A stretch of 64,000 bases of DNA, taken from contig OZ024752.1 of NCBI GenBank assembly GCA_964016885.1, positions 3,844,001 to 3,908,000 on the forward strand, written 5' to 3'. A model generated the notes under the pieces. That model made no database searches. It worked only from the letters and a program-made list of their open reading frames with translations, and had not been told where the DNA came from. Below are positions 56,621-64,000 of the stretch, piece by piece. The position numbers and the translations under genes were made by a program. This DNA comes from Eledone cirrhosa. Its lineage: Eukaryota. Numbering within the stretch: the stretch's first letter is position 1; each line of letters begins with the position of its first letter.

Positions 56621-57122
56621 TAATATTATACCTAATATCCACGTCCTTGCGGCCACTAAAGAAATCCTTGTTGTTATTTATTCCTGTAATATTATTATTA
56701 TTTCCATTGATTTGTTTATTACTGTCACATATCTCTCTGTCCTTCGCTGTTTTCTCTCATTCTCTCTCTCTCTCTCTCTTGTTCTCTCTTTCTCACTGTC
56801 TTCTCCCTCGTTCTCTTTTCCCCTCATTCAATCTCACTCTCTCTCTTCTCCTCTTCAACATATCTATATATTTTCTATTGTGAACAATCTAGTACAGGAC
56901 AAATTATGAATTCAGCTATCTTTTGTTTAATATGTTGATGTTTTTGTTGCTGTTCTTTTGTTGTTGTTGTTGTTTTTGTTTTGGGGGTAATTTTGACTGT
57001 TTTCTTCGTTTGCTTTTTTTATTTTTATTTGTTGTTCTTTATTATTTCCTCATCTCCAAACACTGGCACATACACGCACACACATACATCCACACCCCAT
57101 ATACATATATACACATACATTC

Positions 57123-57180
<58 letters not shown>

Positions 57181-57239
57181 CAAGGCTCTGATACAATCAA
57201 CACCATAAACACAGAGCTGGCATATCTAAGAACTGACTA

Positions 57240-57295
57240 ACTGCCTGATGAAGTCATAGCCATTCAATGGCTATCATCGAAATATATACAGCAGT
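57240..57295 (+). ncRNA. Type I hammerhead motif, family H7 (U16.1 to C change)
   Basis: actgc-CTGATGA-agtc atagccat tca atggctat catc-GAAA-tatata-CA-gcagt, within a short unique segment between (TA)n tracts. Confidence 0.68.
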
Positions 57296-57335
57296 AAATA
57301 AAGGATTATCAGTTCATGCAATTGACTAATGTTTC

Positions 57336-57389
<54 letters not shown>

Positions 57390-57391
57390 CG

Positions 57392-57530
57392 AAGGAAATG
57401 TGGTAAGGAACCAGGTGGACCATAACGCACCAAAGTACTCAATACTTACGGTAGTAGAGTGGGTAATAGGAACAAGTAAGACCCCGACGGCTGAGCTCAA
57501 GCCGTTTCGACGGCTAATTCTGTACTGTTC
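57392..57530 (-). repeat. TA-flanked repeat homologous to 2045-2172; carries the 3' half of a hammerhead
   Basis: Minus strand: agccgtc-GAAA-cggc ttgagctca gccg-TC-gggg. Confidence 0.6.
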
Positions 57531-57550
57531 CTATATATATATATATATAT

Positions 57551-57857
57551 AATAAACAAAAGATAGTTACTTTAGATCATCTCTATTTATTTTATTATAC
57601 ATATTTCGAAGATACAAGGCTTATATATAACATAATCCAAAACATGTCCTCGTCAGACAAAATGCAGAGGAGATGGAGGATTATTTTGATATACTGGCGG
57701 TCAAACGAGCTGGACAGATCGGTGACAACCAAACATATACTTGGTTGTCACTGATCTGACGAGAACATTATTTTGGGTTATGTTATATATAAGACTTGCA
57801 TCTTCGAAATCTATAAAATAAATAGAGATGATCTAAAGTAACTATCTTTTGTTTATT
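57551..57857. mobile_element. Palindromic element with H2-related hammerhead (57589-57663, minus) and internal hairpin 57716-57759
   Basis: Minus strand: attttgt-CTGACGA-ggacat...atcttc-GAAA-tatgta-TA-ataaaat; the right arm has CTGACGA...GAAA but a damaged stem I/III. Confidence 0.8.
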
Positions 57858-57862
57858 ATTAT

Positions 57863-58028
57863 TATTCCTTACGGGATCGATAAAATAAAGTACCAGTAAT
57901 GCACTGGGTAATTGCTGGCCTTGTGCCAAAAAGTAGAAACAATTATTTTTATTCCTTACGGGGTCGATAAAATAAAGTACCAGTAATGTACTGTGTAATT
58001 GCTGGCCTTGTGCCATAAGTAGAAACAA
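57863..58028 (+). mobile_element. Tandem duplication of the SINE family A 3' half
   Basis: tccttacggg..gataaaataaagtaccag...gtagaaacaatt occurs twice. Confidence 0.85.
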
Positions 58029-58859
58029 TTATTATTATAATACTCCGGATAAATATATACCATTGAGTGCTTGACATCTGTTATATAAAAGTCAGCTGAT
58101 TCTTTTTCATTCAACAATATATATATATGGGATCGTATCTCCCTTGGCTTTTCTCAATCTTTTTATCCCTTTATTTGTTGTAGTGTCGTCCTCATCATTA
58201 ATAATAGTAGTAGTTATTGTAGTAGTTAAAGTAGTAATAGTAGTAGTATTTGTTGTAGCTGTTGTTTTTGTCGCAGCTGATGATGATGGTGGTGATGTGT
58301 GCTAATTCAATTATCATTGAAATTGGGCTAGAGTAAGTGGTTGTTTCGATGTTACTGGCAAAAAACTTGAAACTGGTTTGTTTCAATTTGCTAAGTTTTT
58401 TTTACATTTATATCTTTTTTGTGGTGGTAGTGGTGCTGGTGGTTGGGTAGTGATGGCGGTGATGGTGTTGGTGGTGGTGGAGTGGGGTCTAGTTGGTTGG
58501 TTTTTAAAAACAGAACCTAATCAAACTGGCATTCATTTTCTATACTAGACCTTCACAGAAAGCATTATCAGTAAGAGGATTAAGCAGTAAACAGTCTGTC
58601 TCGGAATGTTACTGTTAACATATTTAATGCCTAGAGCATTAAATATCTAAACTATAAATGACTAATATTAAATACATATATATATATGTGTGTGTGGTGT
58701 GTACGCGTGAAAAGTAAACAGTAATAACAAAGCAAACGAAACAGTTTTAAAATAAATTGCAATTGCCATCAAGTGCCGAAAAGATTGGCGATAGGACTGC
58801 GACATGTCATGGGAGGCGTATGATAGACGTACGAATGTGGCGTATCCCGTGACTCCAAA

Positions 58860-59480
58860 GAGATTCCAGAAACGAACTGGCAACTGGAACCTTACAACAC
58901 TTGCGTGTCGGAAGCAGGAACTAATAGCGAAGGCCAGATGTTCGCGTCTAGACATAGTTGAGGTTTTCTTAACAAAGACCCGTGCCTTTAGTACTCCCTC
59001 TGACCTGCTACCAGAAACTCCTCTGGGTACATCTACCCGAAGAGATGTATATCTGAGGGGAAGAGAGAATACTTTGCTTGCTATCTGCAAATTGGTGTTT
59101 ATGTCTACACTTTCGTATGGTCATGAATCTTGGGTAATGAAACAAATAACACATTAGCAAATACATGCAGCTGAAATGGGTTTACTCCAAAGGGTTTTTG
59201 GAGTAACGATATTTGATGGGGTACGCTTCTCGGTGATTAAAGAGTTGCACTATGTTGTCCACTACTTCTCCGCATTGAGAGATCACAAATACGCTTCTAC
59301 CCACTGTGGTTAGAATATCTAAGTAATGTATCGCTGGTCAAGTTTTACAGGTAAATCAAACCTGTGTGAGACCCAAAAGTAGACCACAAGCAAGATGGTT
59401 GGATAACATTCCTGAGCTATTGGTATCACTCGGGGATCCAGCCGGTTAATTAGAGAAGGTTACATATGATAGAAGCCTCA
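58860..59480 (+). mobile_element. Internally deleted RTE-clade LINE (APE N-terminus joined to post-RT region)
   Basis: GNWNLTTL..KQELI..RLDIV, then about 100 bp later KLVFMSTLSYGHESWVM..AAEMGLLQRVFGVT. Confidence 0.7.
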
Positions 59481-60802
59481 AAGTGTCCGTGTGATCACAA
59501 ACACTGAATCGTGATTAGTTTCCTTGAGAAGTATATGAAGAGTGCACAAGATTGAGCCAATAATTATATAATACACTGTTTTAGTACCTTCACCTGCATG
59601 CGTATAGATATTAATATTTGTGTTGGGAGGCGCAGGATATTTCCAACGTATACGTAGTTTATCTGCCACAGGTTTATATCTATTTATATCTACGACTAAG
59701 CCTTTATTTCTCCGAATAATTCGCTGATAAACTCGGACCTAGCATTACAGTATGTATTCTTTCGCTCTCTGCCATCCGACTGCATGACGTTCAACCCCTT
59801 GACGTTGTCCTAAGAAGAGATATGGTGTTACGTACCGAGTTTTGCTATTGTTTAAAAAAAATAAACTTTAATGTTCACACTGGCTCTTTAACCATCCTAT
59901 TCTTCCTCCACCCCAACCGGTATAAATAATTATTGTAAGAAAGTATGCACGAGAGAGCATAATAGCAGTTTTTCAATCTTTCGGGTCAAATGGAATTCCT
60001 CATTACTTTATCATATTTTATTTTTTAAATAAGCTTTTCTCTAAAGATTGATATCAAACAATATTTAATTTAACCGGTTTGACCTCAATGTCAAAGCTAC
60101 AAGCTTAAAACTATTATAAATCTTAATGCTACAATCAAAGGCTATAATTTTCTAAAGATAAAATATTGTAGTACTATGTGCACAGTGAAATTTTATTTTG
60201 TTTATATTTGAATTTAATGTTGTTAACCTTTGCATGTTTGTGGCTTTCAGTATCACTTATAATAACTTCAGTTTATGGTTAAATATAGAAACCGATACGT
60301 GGTTCAAAGTGCTGGCAATCGATAGATTGTTGTGTTTGCGCATGGGTATACGTGCTACTGGTGATGGTGGTATTTGTAGGGTGGGGTATCATACTAGCTG
60401 TAACAATAGTAAGTTTTTCATGCAAAAACTTATTTTGGAATTTTCTCGATCTAATTATAATTCATGTGGTCGAGTGCATTTTTTAGTAACAAAATTTTGA
60501 CTATGTTTTGGTAGTGGAAACATGGGTAATATTAGTTAGTTTGTTGCTTTCACAGAGGAAGTATGCTAGGATGAATGCATTACGCTATGTATCATTTTAA
60601 GGAGACGAAGTAAATATATAATTGGCATTTAGGTGTTGTTTCTAGCATTTCAAGGAAACATGTAGATTCTTCAGCGCTGGCTTTCTGTGATGTTTCACTC
60701 AGAAACACAGACATCCACACAAATGCACACATAGATACGTACATAAATACAGCCCTCCCTCATATATACAGGGTGTCCCCCCAAAAGGTATACTTACTTT
60801 AG

Positions 60803-61085
60803 GAAGGCATGTGGCTTAATGTTAAAGTATTCAGGATCATGAGCTTAAAGTCTTTTTAATGTCGAAGGCGTGATTTGTCTTTGAGCAAGGTACTATTTCA
60901 CGTTGCTCCAGTCCAGCTGAGAAAAGTGAATTGTACCACATCATCCACTATATCATGCCGAATCTCCCTTAGAACTGTGTTAAGGTTGTACATTTTTGTT
61001 AAAGGCTCAGTCACTTTTATATCAATCTCAGGAACATGCTATTCCGTCGAGTAGCTAGAACATTCCTCGTCAGAACCGACTGGGA
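60803..61085 (+). mobile_element. Degenerate SINE family B (CORE/V-like central domain)
   Basis: ggcatgtggctta..., tgtctttgagcaaggtactatttcacgttgctccagtcca. Confidence 0.55.
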
Positions 61086-61204
61086 TCCTATAATAAAATA
61101 TAAGAATAAAATTGTGATAGGTGGAGTGAGTGTTATAAGTGATTAATTATGAAATTATTGTAGTGAATGTGTCACTGGTAATATATTCTGATGTGTTATT
61201 GTAA

Positions 61205-61442
61205 ATCAACAGTTTCACCCTTGTCCAACCCTTGAAATAATTTTCATGCCTCAGGGAACCCCTGCATAAAAAATATTATGTACCATTATAAAAATCTATC
61301 TCTTTAATTTTGTTATCGCAGTTCACGTGATAAATATAATATATAGCGGCTGTGGGCAACTTCTTTTTCCGTGAGTTAAGCATCTTCATCCTATTTTATA
61401 AACTATCTTTATAGCATTTCTGCGCTTGGCATTTTCTTTATA

Positions 61443-61517
<75 letters not shown>

Positions 61518-61699
61518 TGTTTTTTTCGGATAACTGGTTTAAGGAAGTAATGACACCTTTTTTTGTCAAATTTATTAGAAAAAAAAATGATACTGCTCCT
61601 TTATGAGACCACGCATTTATTACTGTTTCTCGCGGAACCCCTAGTGACCGCCTGTGGAACTGTACAGTTCCGGCGAACACCGGTTGAGAAACACCACTG
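61205..61699. mobile_element. hAT (Charlie-like) MITE remnant containing a (TA)n tract
   Basis: ggaacccct subterminal motifs near both ends; 3' ggttgagaaacaccactg. Confidence 0.55.
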
Positions 61700-62744
61700 T
61701 AAAGTATGTAAAACAATGTGCCTCGATCGGTGGACAACAGCTCCATTTGAAAGTTCACCAAAACCAAACAGCGAACCTAAGTGGGGACAACGATCAATAA
61801 TGCAGAACATACAGAAGGCAAAGTAAGTCCAAAGTTATGCTTTTGTCATCCATGTGTGTGAAAAAGATCAAACAATGGCAATTCTCGAAACTGAGATGCA
61901 GTAATCATGTATGAACGTGTATATCTGTGTGTGTATTTATATAGACATGTATGTGCGTGTGTATTTGTATGTATTTATAGACAATCATTATGTGTATATG
62001 TGTATATATTTATGTACTTGTGTTTATATATATGTGTATATATTTATGTGTATATATTTATGTACATGTGTACGTGTTATATGTGTGTATATTTACATAG
62101 TCATGTATGTACGTGTGTCTCTGAGTGTATTTATGTACGTGTATATATGTGTGTATTTATGTATAGCGGTTTCTCGTTTAACGTTCGTTAATATATATGT
62201 AATTGTTGACTACGATGTTTTGCAAGACTTCAGAACAGATCTGCTTCCCTCAGAGAGTTGAACAGAAAATATATGTTCCAGCCTTGATAATCATGTGTTT
62301 CTTACTCTCATTTTCAATGTCTTACCTTCTTTTAAGGCGATGTGAGAGTGATTTAAGGCCAGTGTTGGACTTACCTATAAACTAAATAATCTATAGCCTA
62401 GCGTCACACACTCTTGGAGGCCCACATTTAAAAACAAATATTTTTTTCAAATATTATCATTAGCTTTTATTCTTTAAACCTTTAGCATTTATATTACCAT
62501 TGTATTTTTGCGGTAAAGCCGTTATCTTACATAATTATCTCACATAATATCGATTCTACGATATTTTATGATATTATTCATTTTGAGAACAATAACTTAG
62601 CGCTGGTATAAGTGGCCAGCTGTGGCTGGTTTGAATAGAAAGAGCTGAGAGAATTCTGGCTGGATATGACTGGTTTAAATGCTAAAGAGTTAACACTAAA
62701 TCACCAAAAAATATGTGTCTGTATATATATATATATATATATAT

Positions 62745-63114
62745 ATAAATGTAATCTGAGTTTTTCGAATATTAATAATAACATTCGATTCGTTTGCAAT
62801 TTTGCAAACAAGCTTCAATTTTATAGCCATGTCAGGAGAATGAACACTTCATTCTTGCTCTCATGTTGGCATGCGAACAGAACAACAGATATTAATGTTT
62901 CTGGGCATCACTCTTCATCAGTACAGCTCACTGTTCACCTGCCAAACTCTCAGAGGTAGTGAAAATATATGCTATTTTCAAAAGTACACAGTGACTGATT
63001 GGCCTGATTTGCATATTAGCAGACTGGCTGCATATTAGCAGTTCCACTGATCAGCAAAATTGCAAACGAATCGAACGTTATTATTAATATTCGAAAACCT
63101 CAGATTACATTTAT
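62745..63114. mobile_element. Element with inverted arms of about 60 bp and a degenerate hammerhead-like motif at about 62885-62925 (-)
   Basis: Arms 62745-62805 and 63054-63114; minus strand CTGATGA agagtgatgccca GAAA cattaata TC. Confidence 0.65.
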
Positions 63115-63170
63115 TGTATTCAGCCATGTAGAGCGAAATTTTCTTACACATATATATATATAATCTGTAA

Positions 63171-63524
63171 ACTAAGCCCCATATTAACGGTAAAACTAGA
63201 AATGTAGTATATAGCATAAGATGTACGGAAGGACAATGTAGAGATAACACTATAGTGTACATAGGTGAGACAGCTCGTAGTATAGGGGAACGGATAAATG
63301 AACACTGGCGAGAGCTTCAAGATAGTAAAGAATCATCTGTACTCCACCAACATGCTAAAATAGAACATAAGGGTAAATTAGAGAACATAGAAATAAAAAT
63401 AGAATCTACACACAGAAAAGACGCAATGTTTAGACAAATCACAGAGGCAATAAACATAAATGAACTCCAACCAAAATTAAATAGAAAACATGAATGGAAC
63501 AGCAACATCACAACTTACAATTAA
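63171..63524 (+). pseudogene. GIY-YIG endonuclease domain of a Penelope-like element (no start; truncated)
   Basis: Open frame: NVVYSIRCTEGQC..IVYIGETARSIGERINEH..SVLHQH..RQITEAININELQPKLNRKHEW. Confidence 0.9.
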
Positions 63525-63721
63525 GGACAAAATGAAAACACACACACATAGAACAAACAACCGACCAGTAATATGTAAATAAACAAATAAATAAACAAAT
63601 ATAAACACACAAAGACACCCGGATGTAACACATGTGCAAACTAAGCACACAACACACACAAAAACAAGATGGCGTAGGACAGAACAAAGGCGAGGCACAA
63701 ACACAAAGAAAATAATCCCCA

Positions 63722-63764
63722 GTCACTGAAGAGGTCACAGAATGTGTGAAGAAAGAACTTTGAC
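63722..63764 (+). ncRNA. Minimal type I hammerhead, family H1, sense to the GIY-YIG ORF
   Basis: gtca-CTGAAGA-g gtcac agaatgt gtgaa-GAAA-gaac-TT-tgac. Confidence 0.7.
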
Positions 63765-64000
63765 AATATATGAACAATCGTCTGGTTGTGGAACCAACCA
63801 GCCAACCGGAAATTTATAAATTCCGAAATTTATAAATTTAATTTATAATAAATTGAAGTGGAAGCAACTGGTGTGTGTGTTTCTTATTGGCAACATGACC
63901 CTCCTAAAGTATAACAATATCGGTTTCAACACACGTTTTCAGATAAAGAATCTTGCTAAACAAATTCAGAAACGAAATATATATGTATTCTTTATCATTA

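Larger units (their letters stand above)
63165..63978 (+). mobile_element. 5'-truncated Penelope-like retroelement (GIY-YIG endonuclease plus 3' terminal region), TA-flanked
   Basis: GIY-YIG coding remnant followed by the 3' region repeated at 2240, 11251-11880 and 53658. Confidence 0.88.

Overview
This is a very AT-rich, microsatellite-laden eukaryotic intergenic or intronic window. Its repeat content resembles an octopod cephalopod, which is an inference from the SINE/LINE types. No host protein-coding gene is supportable, and almost all listed ORFs are read-through of (TA)n/(TG)n/(CT)n tracts. Real content: three decayed CR1-group LINEs (one folded back on itself), several RTE-clade fragments (one with three C2H2 fingers), a CRE-type RLE fragment, about 20 copies of one tRNA-derived SINE, a non-autonomous Helitron, hAT-like MITEs, a 32-bp minisatellite and a 5'-truncated Penelope-like (GIY-YIG) element. 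The most striking signal is about 15 type-I hammerhead-ribozyme (HHR) motifs (CTGANGA...GAAA...TH), some intact and many decayed, from at least 6 different sequence families. One lies in the 3' region of the Penelope element. Most sit in short, non-coding palindromic (foldback) elements in or beside (TA)n arrays, often with the ribozyme disabled in one arm. All motifs were read by eye; coordinates are approximate to a few bases.
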